NCBI GenBank assembly: GCA_963837955.1
Contig: CAWIPH010000002.1
Location: 1,632,001 to 1,696,000 of the forward strand
Origin: an uncultured Verrucomicrobiae bacterium
Lineage (GTDB): Bacteria > Verrucomicrobiota > Verrucomicrobiia > Chthoniobacterales > JAFAMB01
DNA length: 64,000 bases
Direction: 5' to 3'
Every line of letters starts with the position of its first letter. Positions within the stretch are counted from its first letter, which is position 1. This document shows, piece by piece, positions 19,733-29,956 of this stretch. A model generated the notes under the pieces. It searched no databases. It saw nothing but the letters and a program-made list of their open reading frames with translations, and was not told where the DNA came from. The position numbers were made by a program, and so were the translations under genes.

Positions 19733-21418
19733 TCACTTTCCAGCAGTGCCTGTAACGGGGATCTCGATTAAGTGCGGTTTTCCGGTCTGCAGAGCGGCCT
19801 CAACCGCCTCGCTAATTTTCCGATGGGAGTCTACAAAGGTAGACTCGACGCCCATCGATCTTGCCAGTGATTGGAAGTCAACTTTCGGCTGGCAGATATC
19901 CATCGCAAGAAAACCGTGCTCTTTTGCATTGTACTGCGGTTGGCTCAGCATGAAGTTTTTTAGAATCCCATATTCAAGATTGTTCAGAACAACGAAAACC
20001 ACGGGCACTTCTTCGTGAACGGCGCTCCAGAGCGCTTGAGGCGAGTACATCGCTGAGCCGTCGCCTACCATGCAAAGTACCGGTGCATGATCGCGCGCCA
20101 ACGAAACACCGATTGCTGCTGGCATTCCCCAACCCAATGCTCCCCCTCGATTGTGGAAATATTGGCGCCCACCCGTCGACCGGTGCATCGCCTGCGTGAA
20201 AAGGTTCGAGCATGGGGCTTCATCCACCAGCAAAAAACCATCGGAGAGCGGACGCAAAACTTCCCTGGCGGCAACTATTGGCTCGATCTTTTCATCGTCA
20301 CGGATCGCTGTGTCAGCCCGCTCGATGAGTTGACGCCAGAGGACGTCCTTTTGCTGCCGCGCATATTCGATGTTTTGTTTAATGATGGCAGACGGCACCT
20401 TGGGTTCCAATTCTTGCGCCAATGCTTCCAATGTCGCTCGGACGTTGCCGAAAATGCCGAGCTTGGGAGCATCGTTATATCCCAAATCGTTCGCATCCTC
20501 CGAGATATGGTAAAACTCGATCGAGTCAGGGATTGGATCACGCATTGTATAAACGATCGAGACCAAGCTTTTTCCACCCAATGCCAGCAAGCAGTCGTAA
20601 CGACTCAGAATTTCTGAAATACCCTGGGCGGTGGTGGGAAGTGGCCCTCGCCAGAAAGGATCGATTGAAGGGTAGTTATTGACCGATGGCCAGGAAGCAC
20701 CGTAAACAGGTGCGCCAATTAGTTGGGCCACTCGGGCGATTGCTTTTCCCAAGCCGAGTTCGGCGATATCGTTTCCTGCTACAATAACGGTCCGACCATG
20801 GTCAAATTTCAGAAGTCCGGAGGCAAGTTCCTTGAGGCCAACCCCGACGTTTGAGAGTTCGATGCGGCTTGGTGGAACGACTCGCGGCGAGCCGATCTCG
20901 TCCAAGATATTCATCGGCAGCGACAAAAAGACCGGCCCGCGTGGTGGAGACATGGAACTATGAAAGGCACGGCGAAGAATCAGGGGCAAATCATCTAACG
21001 AATTCGGTTCGAAACACCATTTGGCTATGGGGTTTGCCATCCCCACGAGATCGGCAGCGAGCAATGGATCGGCAAGAATATGCCTGAGATCCTGTTGACC
21101 CGCGGTGACTACCATTGGCGCCCTAGCAATCTTGGCGTTCATGATCGCCCCCATTCCGTGACCCAAGCCGCCTGATGTGTGGAGATTCACGAAAGCAGGT
21201 TTCCCCGATGCCTGAGCATAACCATCAGCCATGCCCACGGCGGTCGCTTCTTGAAGTCCCCAAACATAGCGAAAATCCGGGTTGACCACCAATGCGTCGA
21301 TCAGTGGAAGCTCCGTCGTGCCCGGATTCCCAAAAATGAACTGGGTGCCCTCCGATCGTAAAATTTCGAGGAGAATTTCTGCTCCCCTTGCTTTCTGCGC
21401 TCCGACAGTTTTTGCCAT
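19733..21418 (-). CDS. ThDP-dependent decarboxylase, benzoylformate decarboxylase-like
   Basis: FGNPGTTELP, LQEATAVGMADGYA, GDGSAMYSPQALWSA..NNLEY. Confidence 0.88.
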   Translation of the reverse strand: MAKTVGAQKARGAEILLEILRSEGTQFIFGNPGTTELPLIDALVVNPDFRYVWGLQEATAVGMADGYAQASGKPAFVNLHTSGGLGHGMGAIMNAKIARAPMVVTAGQQDLRHILADPLLAADLVGMANPIAKWCFEPNSLDDLPLILRRAFHSSMSPPRGPVFLSLPMNILDEIGSPRVVPPSRIELSNVGVGLKELASGLLKFDHGRTVIVAGNDIAELGLGKAIARVAQLIGAPVYGASWPSVNNYPSIDPFWRGPLPTTAQGISEILSRYDCLLALGGKSLVSIVYTMRDPIPDSIEFYHISEDANDLGYNDAPKLGIFGNVRATLEALAQELEPKVPSAIIKQNIEYARQQKDVLWRQLIERADTAIRDDEKIEPIVAAREVLRPLSDGFLLVDEAPCSNLFTQAMHRSTGGRQYFHNRGGALGWGMPAAIGVSLARDHAPVLCMVGDGSAMYSPQALWSAVHEEVPVVFVVLNNLEYGILKNFMLSQPQYNAKEHGFLAMDICQPKVDFQSLARSMGVESTFVDSHRKISEAVEAALQTGKPHLIEIPVTGTAGK

Positions 21419-21451
21419 AGAAGTTACGCTATTACGACAAAGCACGTCGGA

Positions 21452-22420
21452 CTACCTCAAACGTGTTCGCTGTGATCTTCTGTGCAAATAACCATCCGAA
21501 TGTTTTGCGGCTGCAGTTTTCTCCGGGCCTTTAGCCTGGGCGTGTTTCCTCAGCATTTCTAGAAACGCCTGGAGAACGATCGATTGGTTGTCCCGACGCC
21601 AAGCGATGTGGATATCGAAAGTTGGGATGCTCGGCCGCAACGGCCGAAACTCGACCTCGACCGGCAGAATCTGCTGAAACGTCTCAGGCACGAGCGCTAC
21701 GCCGAAACCAGCGGATACCAACCCGAGCAGGCTTAGAGCGCCATCCGCTTGCTCTGGGGCAATTTCGGGCGTGAATCCCGCGGAACGGCAATGGCTCACG
21801 AACCGGCTGTGATAAGCAGGGGCTGTCCGTTGAATAGAAATAAACTTCTCATTCGCCAGCTCCGACAATCTCAGCCGCCGCTGCTTGGCCAAAGGATGCC
21901 CAGGCGGTAACGCAACGAAATGGGGAACTTTCCGTAAACACTCGAACACCAACTCGCTCTCCAATTCTGGGTATCGGATTCCGACGTAGCCCAAATCGAT
22001 CCGGCGATTGATTAATTCCTGAACTTGCTGGTGGTATTGCATTTCTCGAATTCCCAATTCCACCATCGGAAAAAGTTGACGGAAGAGGCGCATTACCCGC
22101 AAAAGAACCGGTTCAAAACCTTCTACCGCGTAAGCGATGTCGAGGTGGCCCGCTTCGCCGCGGCTGGCCGCTTGGGCGAGTTGGACCGCACGCTGACTCT
22201 GAGCCAGAATTGAGCGAGCTTCCTTCAAGAAGGTCCGGCCCGCTTCAGTGAGACGCATCCCGCTCTGGCTACGCACGAACAGTTTCGTCCCGACTTCGTC
22301 CTCCAGATCGTGAATCTGTCGGGTAAGAGGGGGCTGGGAAAGATGCAGGCGGGTGGCCGCCTGACGGACATTCAGTTCTTCGGCCACCGCCACGAAGTAG
22401 CGGAGGTGACGTAGTTCCAT
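21452..22420 (-). CDS. LysR-family transcriptional regulator
   Basis: MELRHLRYFVAVAEELN..LHLSQPPLTRQI. Confidence 0.93.
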   Translation of the reverse strand: MELRHLRYFVAVAEELNVRQAATRLHLSQPPLTRQIHDLEDEVGTKLFVRSQSGMRLTEAGRTFLKEARSILAQSQRAVQLAQAASRGEAGHLDIAYAVEGFEPVLLRVMRLFRQLFPMVELGIREMQYHQQVQELINRRIDLGYVGIRYPELESELVFECLRKVPHFVALPPGHPLAKQRRLRLSELANEKFISIQRTAPAYHSRFVSHCRSAGFTPEIAPEQADGALSLLGLVSAGFGVALVPETFQQILPVEVEFRPLRPSIPTFDIHIAWRRDNQSIVLQAFLEMLRKHAQAKGPEKTAAAKHSDGYLHRRSQRTRLR

Positions 22421-22425
22421 GGGCT

Positions 22426-22442
22426 GATATCCTAAAGGTATC
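22426..22442. promoter_or_regulatory. Putative LysR T-N11-A recognition site
   Basis: Dyad GATATCCTAAAGGTATC directly upstream of the LysR start codon. Confidence 0.5.
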
Positions 22443-22501
22443 ATGCTCCCACCAAATCGATATTATCCAAGCTATTTTTTCGATTCATCTTTGGTAGTGA
22501 G

Positions 22502-22963
22502 ATGAAAAATAAACGAGACCGTGAAACTGACAAACGGACTAATCTTCGCGCCTCGTCAGAAAAATCTACCTTCTCCAAACAATTTGCCGGATTCTGGCGG
22601 GACCTCGAAGATAACCAGCATTGGAAATACGATGAGTTGTCCCCGGTTCATTTGCTGGAAAGGTTGAAGCTTGATGAGTGTCTGGCGGAAAAGGATGAAT
22701 TCGCCCGGGCCGAATTCTTTTGGAGTCGCCGGCCACGCTTACTCCCCGCAAGCGGCTATATTCTTTGGCTTATTGTGGCTCTCGGGTTGCCATTGTGGCT
22801 ATTCATTGTTCCGGCGATAGGAGTCCCGCTTCTAGTATTATCGGCGGTGGTAGTCGACGCCGGGATCGTCCGATCTGTGCGGTGGCGACGCCAGTATGAA
22901 CTAAGTATCGATCGACTCATCCGGCACTGCGGTCGGAGTGAGCATTCAAGGTCTTCGGTTTGA
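22502..22963 (+). CDS. Hypothetical membrane protein (two TM segments)
   Basis: 153-aa ORF with a hydrophobic hairpin, divergent from LysR. Confidence 0.5.
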   Translation: MKNKRDRETDKRTNLRASSEKSTFSKQFAGFWRDLEDNQHWKYDELSPVHLLERLKLDECLAEKDEFARAEFFWSRRPRLLPASGYILWLIVALGLPLWLFIVPAIGVPLLVLSAVVVDAGIVRSVRWRRQYELSIDRLIRHCGRSEHSRSSV

Positions 22964-23018
22964 GACGTCTTGCGACATTGATGGAGCGAGATAACTCGCC
23001 AACCGCGCGTAATGGGAA

Positions 23019-23396
23019 ATGCATACAAAATCGGCAGAAAATAGACAGGTCATCCGGCACCTCTATGATGCGCTGGGCAGGGGTGACACGGACAGCACGT
23101 CGCCCAGAGCAGACGTTAAGGCGAGTAAAGTCGCTAGGGCTCATAGCCCTCGTGTCGGAGTTGCAGTAACCTCCGAAACGGCGGCCAGAGAGAAGGCCGT
23201 CATGACTAGACTTGTGCTGGCCGCCTTGTCTGGATTGATTTCCCCTTTCGCCGCCATTTGCTCGACCGTGATCTATCCGGCTGTTCTTGAGTGGCGCTAC
23301 TTCTGGCTAGCCGTGTGTGTTGCCGGTTTCGTCGCTTTGATCATCTTCCTTTGGAAGGTTTGCGAACTATTTTATGGACCGAAAGTGTATGAGTAG
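23019..23396 (+). CDS. Hypothetical small membrane protein
   Basis: Two hydrophobic segments at the C-terminus; start uncertain. Confidence 0.35.
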   Translation: MHTKSAENRQVIRHLYDALGRGDTDSTSPRADVKASKVARAHSPRVGVAVTSETAAREKAVMTRLVLAALSGLISPFAAICSTVIYPAVLEWRYFWLAVCVAGFVALIIFLWKVCELFYGPKVYE

Positions 23397-23511
23397 TTCG
23401 ACGTCATTAACAAATCTGTGCGTTCGCTTTCGGATTCCCGTGAGCACTCGGCCTCTGCTGCCAGGTTAGCAGGTAACAAAATGAAGTCAGTACCGGGAAA
23501 ATCCGATATTT

Positions 23512-23820
23512 ATGAATACGAATTCCTATCTGCGATTACTCTTGATGATCTTGGCTAACGATTCGACAGAAGTTAGTAAAATTATTGGGGATGAAGATAC
23601 GCAAACTCCGTTCGCGTTGCCCAGAGGCAAAAACCTGCACGACGGGGTGAGCGACTTGCTTGAGGTCCTCGACGACCGCGAGCGCAAGATAATCTTCCAG
23701 CGGTTCGGACTAGATGGTGGCAAACCGAAGACCCTCGAAGAAGTGGGTAAGAAGTTGGGGGTTACGCGAGAGCGAATCCGTCAGCTCCAGAATATCGCCT
23801 TGGCGAAATTGCGTTTGCGG
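23512..23820 (+). pseudogene. RpoD/RpoS-type sigma-70 region 3.2/4 fragment
   Basis: LEVLDDRERKIIFQRFGLDGGKPKTLEEVGKKLGVTRERIRQLQNIALAKLR; regions 1-3 are absent. Confidence 0.85.
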
Positions 23821-23917
23821 ATTCAATCCTCAACAAAATACACCTCAAAATTTTTCGCCTGTTTCAATCTTCTGAAAAGTGCGTCCGCGGCCAATCGCAG
23901 AAGACCGCGCACAACAA

Positions 23918-24331
23918 ATGAACAAGACACCAATGAGCGCGCAAGACAGAATCCAGTCAGCAAAAGACTCGATCGCAAGTGCGATCCTCGATTTGGAGCA
24001 GGCGGAGCAGGAGCTGAAAGGTTCCAGAGTTGAAGAATATGTCAGCCGATCGGCACAAGTCCTGGAATCAGTTTTTAGCGAGCTGGTTTTAGCTAAGCGG
24101 CTCGCAATAGAAAAACCCAAACAAATGACCACCTTCGAATACAAGGGCCGCAAGATGGAGATTATCCTGCATGGCGGTTCGCGTCGCTATTGGGACGAAC
24201 TTGATTACGAGCTTAAGATCAATGGCAAACGAGCTGGCGATGCCTTCCATACAGATGGATGGAGATACAGCTCTGTCGAGAAAGCAACAGAACACGCCAA
24301 GCAACTAATCGACGCGGAGGAGGCAAAGTGA
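23918..24331 (+). CDS. Hypothetical protein coupled to ftsH
   Basis: Protein-like composition with a coiled-coil-like N-terminus; GTGA overlap with the ftsH start. Confidence 0.6.
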   Translation: MNKTPMSAQDRIQSAKDSIASAILDLEQAEQELKGSRVEEYVSRSAQVLESVFSELVLAKRLAIEKPKQMTTFEYKGRKMEIILHGGSRRYWDELDYELKINGKRAGDAFHTDGWRYSSVEKATEHAKQLIDAEEAK

Positions 24332-26340
24332 ACTCTCGACCTCCCGCATCGGCGAAACGCGTTCAACAGACAGACGGAACGCGGCGGGATGAGAAGGCCG
24401 CCCCGCCGGCGACGATACCGCCGGGCAGGACATGGCTTGCATTCCTCTTCATCCTGTTCGCGAATTACCTGCTGATGAAATTTTTATTCCCGAGTCCGGA
24501 GGCACCGGTCGTGGCCTATACCTTATTCAAGGAGGAAATCGGAAAAGGGAACGTCGAGGCGGTCTACAGCCGGGGCGAGGCGATCGAAGGCCGTTTCAAA
24601 ACGGCAGTTATCTTGCCACCCTCCGGCACAGCGCCCTTCGGTGAATCACGATCGGTGACAACCTTCAAGACTACGCTGCCCTCATTCCTAGGTCCCGGCC
24701 TGGAAGCGCTGTTGATTGACCACGGAGTCGAAATCAGCGCAAAACCTATCCAGTCAGGCGGCAGTCCGTGGGCGACGCTCCTGATCGGTTTCGGCCCAGC
24801 GATACTAATTATCACCTTTTATGTCTGGCTGTTCCGGCGTGCGGCACAGCAAGGTGGAGGATTGGGGGGCGGGCTCATGGGCATTGGCAGGAGTAAAGCC
24901 CGTCGCTACGACAAGGAACAAGGTACAAAAGTCACCTTCGACGATGTGGCCGGCATCGACGAAGCCAAGAACGAGTTGGTCGAGATCGTCGATTTCCTCA
25001 AGGCACCAGAGAAGTACACCCGTTTGGGCGGTACAGCTCCCAAGGGCGTCCTGTTAGTGGGTGAGCCAGGCACGGGCAAGACGTTGTTGGCGAGGGCGGT
25101 TGCCGGAGAGGCGAGGGTGCCATTCTTCTCAATGAGCGCCGCAGAGTTTGTTGAGATGATTGTGGGTGTGGGTGCGGCGAGGGTGCGAGACCTCTTCAAG
25201 CAGGCGCGAGAGAACGCGCCTGCGATCATCTTCATCGACGAGCTGGACTCAATCGGTCGCGCTCGAGGGCAGACGGCGATCGGCGGCTCCAGCGAGCAGG
25301 AGCAGACGCTGAATCAGATCCTGACCGAGATGGATGGCTTCTCCAGCCAGCACGGCGTGATCGTGCTGGCCGCGACCAATCAACCCGAGGTGCTTGACAA
25401 GGCGCTCCTCCGACCCGGACGCTTCGATCGGCGTGTCGTAGTCAATCTTCCGGATAAGACTGGACGCGAAGCGATTCTTAAGGTCCACACGCGCAAGGTT
25501 CCGCTCGCACATGATGCCAGCTTGGCGGAGCTGGCCGCTGCGACGCCGGGACTCGCGGGTGCCGACCTCAAAAATCTCGTCAACGAGGCGGCGCTGCTGG
25601 CAGCCCGCCGCGAGCAGAACGAGGTTCACCAGAAGGATTTTCTGGACGCGTTAGAAAAGATCGTGCTAGGCCCGGAGCGCCCGCTTCTCCTGAGCCGTCA
25701 GGACCGGGAGCGCATCGCGTATCACGAGAGCGGACACGCCATCCTTGGGCTCGTCGTGCCGGGCGCGGACCCGGTGCATCGCGTAACGATCGTGCCTCAC
25801 GGGCAGGCGCTCGGTGTGACCTATCAACGCCCAGACAGAGATCGTTATAACTTTCCCGAAGGCTACCTGCGTGCAAGGATCGTCGGCATGCTCGGAGGGC
25901 GCGCGGCCGAAGAAATCATCTACGGCACAAGGACCACAGGTGCCGAGAGCGACATCGAGCAGGCCACCAATCTCGCCCGCACCATGGTCACGCGCTGGGG
26001 CATGAGCGACAAGCTCGGACTCGTGCAACTGGCGCCGCCCGGGAAACCCTATCTCGGTGGCACGGTCGGCTTCGCAGGCGACAAACTTTTTAGCGAGGAG
26101 ACCGCTCGCGTCATTGACGCGGAAGTGCTACGAATCATCAGCGAAAGCCATGAGGAGGCAAAGAGTCTGCTGAGCGCGCATCGGAAGGAACTCGATGCTC
26201 TGGTCGAAGCTTTACTCTCACGCGAGACCCTCAATGAGCAGGAGATCCTCGCAGTGACCGGACTTCCCTCTGCACCCCCGCTGAAAACCGGTCGCATGGC
26301 GCTTGCTCATGTGGACCGTAGGGTCGCTGTTTCTCGCTAA
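24328..26340 (+). CDS. ftsH: ATP-dependent zinc metalloprotease FtsH
   Basis: Two TM segments, [34 protein letters not shown] start after GGAGG. Confidence 0.95.
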   Translation: MNSRPPASAKRVQQTDGTRRDEKAAPPATIPPGRTWLAFLFILFANYLLMKFLFPSPEAPVVAYTLFKEEIGKGNVEAVYSRGEAIEGRFKTAVILPPSGTAPFGESRSVTTFKTTLPSFLGPGLEALLIDHGVEISAKPIQSGGSPWATLLIGFGPAILIITFYVWLFRRAAQQGGGLGGGLMGIGRSKARRYDKEQGTKVTFDDVAGIDEAKNELVEIVDFLKAPEKYTRLGGTAPKGVLLVGEPGTGKTLLARAVAGEARVPFFSMSAAEFVEMIVGVGAARVRDLFKQARENAPAIIFIDELDSIGRARGQTAIGGSSEQEQTLNQILTEMDGFSSQHGVIVLAATNQPEVLDKALLRPGRFDRRVVVNLPDKTGREAILKVHTRKVPLAHDASLAELAAATPGLAGADLKNLVNEAALLAARREQNEVHQKDFLDALEKIVLGPERPLLLSRQDRERIAYHESGHAILGLVVPGADPVHRVTIVPHGQALGVTYQRPDRDRYNFPEGYLRARIVGMLGGRAAEEIIYGTRTTGAESDIEQATNLARTMVTRWGMSDKLGLVQLAPPGKPYLGGTVGFAGDKLFSEETARVIDAEVLRIISESHEEAKSLLSAHRKELDALVEALLSRETLNEQEILAVTGLPSAPPLKTGRMALAHVDRRVAVSR

Positions 26341-26466
26341 CCTCAAAAGCGCGCCAAAAAAAACGCGTCGCTCTTCTGGGAGAGCCCGAGCAGACTGACT
26401 TAGAGATCGAGGTTTCATTGCAGGATCAGTCGCAATGGCGGTGACATGATGAAAGACTCTGACAGC

Positions 26467-28167
26467 TTAGAACTTCAGCACGGCGTCGACCCGGACGTAG
26501 TGCCAGCTGTTGTCGTCGGCGATACCGGAACCGCGAGTGGCCTGGCCTCCGTAAAGGTTCGTCAAGTTCCAATCGATTCGGCCGCCCAATCGAATGATGA
26601 AGAAGTCGGTGATGTTGTAATTGATGCCGAAGCCGAAGCCTTGCATATTCAAACGCCCACTCATTGCGTCATCGAATGAGAGGTTCGGGTCAACTGCTGC
26701 GATACCGATCTGGCGGTAATCGGCGTAGGCCGAAAGATCTCCGGCTTTCTTGTTGTCGCCAATCTGCAACCCAACTAACCAAGCCATTTTGTCCTTGTTG
26801 GAGGGTTGCGCCAGATTCCGGTAACCGATCACAACACCGGCCGAATTGGTGACCACTTCGCTATACAAGCCAGGGAATGGGAAGGTAGTGGGATTGGTCC
26901 CATCGCGCTGGGTGGTGATGAAAGGCGTGGTCAGCGTTGTACCGTTGAAAAGGGTCGTTCCCGTCGCTCTTTGACCGGCCGTACCGAGCAAGCTGAAGCG
27001 TTTACCTCCATCAAAGTTGTAAGCAAAGTCCCAATAAAATTTCACCGGGATCTTGCCCACCTTCACGGTGATATCTCCCGGCGCTTGAACGACAAACAGA
27101 CTTCTTTCTTCGCCGGTTCCATCCAGGAACTGGAGGAAGTCGGTCTTGGCCGGTGCGGTAAATCCGCCGGTATTGACCGAGGAGAAGTTGCCGGCTGGGC
27201 CATTGGCCACGGTGTCGTGTCCGTAGGCACCGGCATTGGCGATAAAGAGCGACGGAGCTACCGTGATCGAGAACCAGTCGGTCTTGTAGCGAGCCAACAA
27301 CTGTTCTTCGAACAGGTAAGAATCGTTCTTCAGATCGCTGTCGAAGTTGTATTCGTTGTTGTCGTAGAAAATGAACTGACCGGCAATGAGCGCCAACTCG
27401 AAAGTCCCGTGGCTCAAATGGACGGGAGGTGCCTTGCCTTCCTTGCTATAGCTAGCCGGTTCGCCGGCCGAGTTCCACCCGAACAGCTGATCAAAATCGA
27501 TCCGTTCCACTAACCCTTGCGGAAACATTTTTACCGAATCCCAGAATAGATCGGTGGCATAGAATGGGAGGTCCTGCTTTCCGGCGACGACGCTCAGTCC
27601 GGGATAACCGTTCCAACCCAAGAATGCTTTGTTTATATAGATGCTGTAGTTCTGGAAACCACCCGTGTAGGTCTGAAAATTCGTGTCGGAGAAGTTACTG
27701 GTCGTGAGGCTGAATCCGCCAAAGAAGCCAGCATCAAATTTCATTTCTGCATTCAAAAACAATTTGAACCGCCAGCGCGAGCGTTGCGCCACATGGTTGC
27801 GTCCGTTCGGACTGGCCGTCAGTGTGGGAGTAGGATTCCGAAGAGAGGGGATCGGCGTCGGAGTCGGCGCAGCAGGAGCAGCCGAAGGCTCTTGGGCCTG
27901 TTCTTCGTCCCACTGGTAACGGAGGAGCAGTTCACCGTCCAGTTTCAGCTCCTTAATCCAGGGTGCCAGCTTGAGCGGACTACTCGGAGTTGTCACCAGT
28001 GCCGGGTTTTTCGACACCTCACTTTCGATCTGCTGGGCGTCTTTTTGCGTCAGGATGCCTTTGCGAACCAGGGCATCAATGAGCGCCTGATCGTCTGCGA
28101 ACGCGGCACTGGTCGTAAAGGCAACAAGGCCGACCAGTGCTAGGAGGTTGCAGGTTACAAGTTGCAA
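26467..28167 (-). CDS. Putative outer-membrane porin (beta-barrel); start ambiguous
   Basis: Signal h-region ending AFA, DQALIDALVRKGILT motif, amphipathic strands, C-terminal Phe. Confidence 0.75.
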   Translation of the reverse strand: MQLVTCNLLALVGLVAFTTSAAFADDQALIDALVRKGILTQKDAQQIESEVSKNPALVTTPSSPLKLAPWIKELKLDGELLLRYQWDEEQAQEPSAAPAAPTPTPIPSLRNPTPTLTASPNGRNHVAQRSRWRFKLFLNAEMKFDAGFFGGFSLTTSNFSDTNFQTYTGGFQNYSIYINKAFLGWNGYPGLSVVAGKQDLPFYATDLFWDSVKMFPQGLVERIDFDQLFGWNSAGEPASYSKEGKAPPVHLSHGTFELALIAGQFIFYDNNEYNFDSDLKNDSYLFEEQLLARYKTDWFSITVAPSLFIANAGAYGHDTVANGPAGNFSSVNTGGFTAPAKTDFLQFLDGTGEERSLFVVQAPGDITVKVGKIPVKFYWDFAYNFDGGKRFSLLGTAGQRATGTTLFNGTTLTTPFITTQRDGTNPTTFPFPGLYSEVVTNSAGVVIGYRNLAQPSNKDKMAWLVGLQIGDNKKAGDLSAYADYRQIGIAAVDPNLSFDDAMSGRLNMQGFGFGINYNITDFFIIRLGGRIDWNLTNLYGGQATRGSGIADDNSWHYVRVDAVLKF

Positions 28168-28227
28168 GTTACGGGTTGCAGATTGGGATCCACGTAACTT
28201 GTAACCTGTAACTTGTAACCTGTAACC
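28146..28227. repeat. Two oppositely oriented arrays of five heptamers each
   Basis: AGGTTGC AGGTTAC AAGTTGC AAGTTAC GGGTTGC (28146-28180) and GTAACTT GTAACCT GTAACTT GTAACCT GTAACC (28194-28227). Confidence 0.9.
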
Positions 28228-28228
28228 A

Positions 28229-29797
28229 TCAATGTGCCATCGAAGCTGCCTGCGGCGGCGCCTTTGCTTTCTTAAACAGGAAGATCATAGGCCCAAGCGC
28301 AAGACAGATCAGTGCCAGCCAGCGGAACTGTTCCACGTAAGCCCATAGGCCGGCCTGTTGCTGAAGAGTCAGATTCAGAACGCCGTAAGCCTGCGATTGA
28401 GCAGCTTGACCGGATTGAGCAGCTAACGAGTGCTGCAGTGCAGCGAGTTGATTACGGAACGGTGCGTCCAAGTTTGTGAAGTGCTCAACCAGCAAAGCCT
28501 GATGCACTTGGGTACTCCGCGTAACCAGCGCGGTCACCAAGGATATTCCAACCGATCCCCCCAGGTTTCTTACCAGGCTCGTTAGACCGGCAGCATCCCC
28601 CATGTTCTCGCGCTTCAGAGTTGCCACCGAGAAAGTAGTCATCGGCACAAAGATCGAGGTGACGGCAAATCCGCTAATGACGATTGGCCAAATGACGTTC
28701 TCCGGGGAAATGTTTAGGTTCATCCCGCCCAAAAGGAACATGGTGATACCCAGCAATGCCGCTCCCTGTGCCATCCAGAGACGGCCGTCAACCTTGGAAA
28801 GAATGCGTCCGGCAACGATGCTACCGATAATTGCTCCGAACCCTCTCGGGCTCATCACCAGGCCGGCCTGCATAGAGGGATACCCAAGTAAAAGTTGCAG
28901 AAACTGCGGCAATGCCGCTGTTGTGCTGTAGAGGACGGCGCCAACGCTGAAGTTCAATAAAACCCCGGTCGCGAGATTTCGATCCTTCAATACCCGCAAA
29001 TTGACGATCGGATGGGGTGTCGTCAGTTCCCGGACAAGGAAAGCGATGAAACCAAGGAGTGCGAATACAGCTAACCAACGAATAAAATTCGATGAAAACC
29101 AGTCGTCATCCTGACCCTTGTCGAGCAGTACTTGGAGGCAACCGATCCACAGGGCCAGGAAGCCGAATCCAAAGAAGTCGATTTTCCCGGCTTTCGCGTT
29201 TTTCAGGTACGGAGGGTCTTCGAGAAACCGGAGACACATGAAGATCGCCGCAATGCCAACGGGAATGTTAATGTAGAAGACCCAGCGCCAAGAATAGTTG
29301 TCCGTAAGCCAACCTCCTAAGGTAGGCCCAAGTATGGGCGCCACCACGACGCCCATGGCGTAAACTGACATGGCGGTTCCCCGTTTCTCCGGAGGGAAAG
29401 TCTCTAGCATGACCGCTTGGGAGACCGGTTGCAGAGCGCCTCCTCCGGCGCCCTGAATAATTCGGGCTAAAATCAGAAAACCCAAGCTGGTAGCCACTCC
29501 GCAGAGCATCGAAGCAAGGGTAAAGATCGTAATACAAGTGATCAGGAAACGCCTGCGGCCGAAGCGTCGTGAGAGCCAGCTGCTGGCGGGCAAAATTACG
29601 GCATTGGAAACGAGATAGCTGGTAAGCACCCAGGTCGCTTCATCGGTGCTCGCCGAGAGATTTCCAGCGATGTGCGTTAACGAAACGTTGGCCACGGAGG
29701 TATCGAGCACCTCCATGAACGTCGCCAACATCACTCCTGCCGCTATCAACCAGGGGTTAGCGGCTGGTTTCCATGGCTGCTCCGTTTGATCAGCCAT
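28229..29797 (-). CDS. emrB: DHA2-family MFS efflux permease (EmrB/QacA)
   Basis: FMEVLDTSVANV, WVLTSYLVSNA, GPTLGGWLTDNYSWRWVFYINIPVG. Confidence 0.92.
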   Translation of the reverse strand: MADQTEQPWKPAANPWLIAAGVMLATFMEVLDTSVANVSLTHIAGNLSASTDEATWVLTSYLVSNAVILPASSWLSRRFGRRRFLITCITIFTLASMLCGVATSLGFLILARIIQGAGGGALQPVSQAVMLETFPPEKRGTAMSVYAMGVVVAPILGPTLGGWLTDNYSWRWVFYINIPVGIAAIFMCLRFLEDPPYLKNAKAGKIDFFGFGFLALWIGCLQVLLDKGQDDDWFSSNFIRWLAVFALLGFIAFLVRELTTPHPIVNLRVLKDRNLATGVLLNFSVGAVLYSTTAALPQFLQLLLGYPSMQAGLVMSPRGFGAIIGSIVAGRILSKVDGRLWMAQGAALLGITMFLLGGMNLNISPENVIWPIVISGFAVTSIFVPMTTFSVATLKRENMGDAAGLTSLVRNLGGSVGISLVTALVTRSTQVHQALLVEHFTNLDAPFRNQLAALQHSLAAQSGQAAQSQAYGVLNLTLQQQAGLWAYVEQFRWLALICLALGPMIFLFKKAKAPPQAASMAH

Positions 29798-29956
29798 CGA
29801 GGTTAGGCATCCCTGGCGCCGCGGCTCAATGGATTATTTGTCGCTCCGTCGCGCCGGCTCCGCGACCAGATCCAACGAAATGGCCGCCAGCGATGCTTGC
29901 CAGTGAGAAGGAAGGGATTCCGCTCCCGAGGTACTTTCTTTGTCTTCATAGAAAAA

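Noticed and set aside
24259..24327. Upstream start for ftsH
   Set aside because: GTG at 24328 has a GGAGG ribosome-binding site and overlaps the upstream stop.
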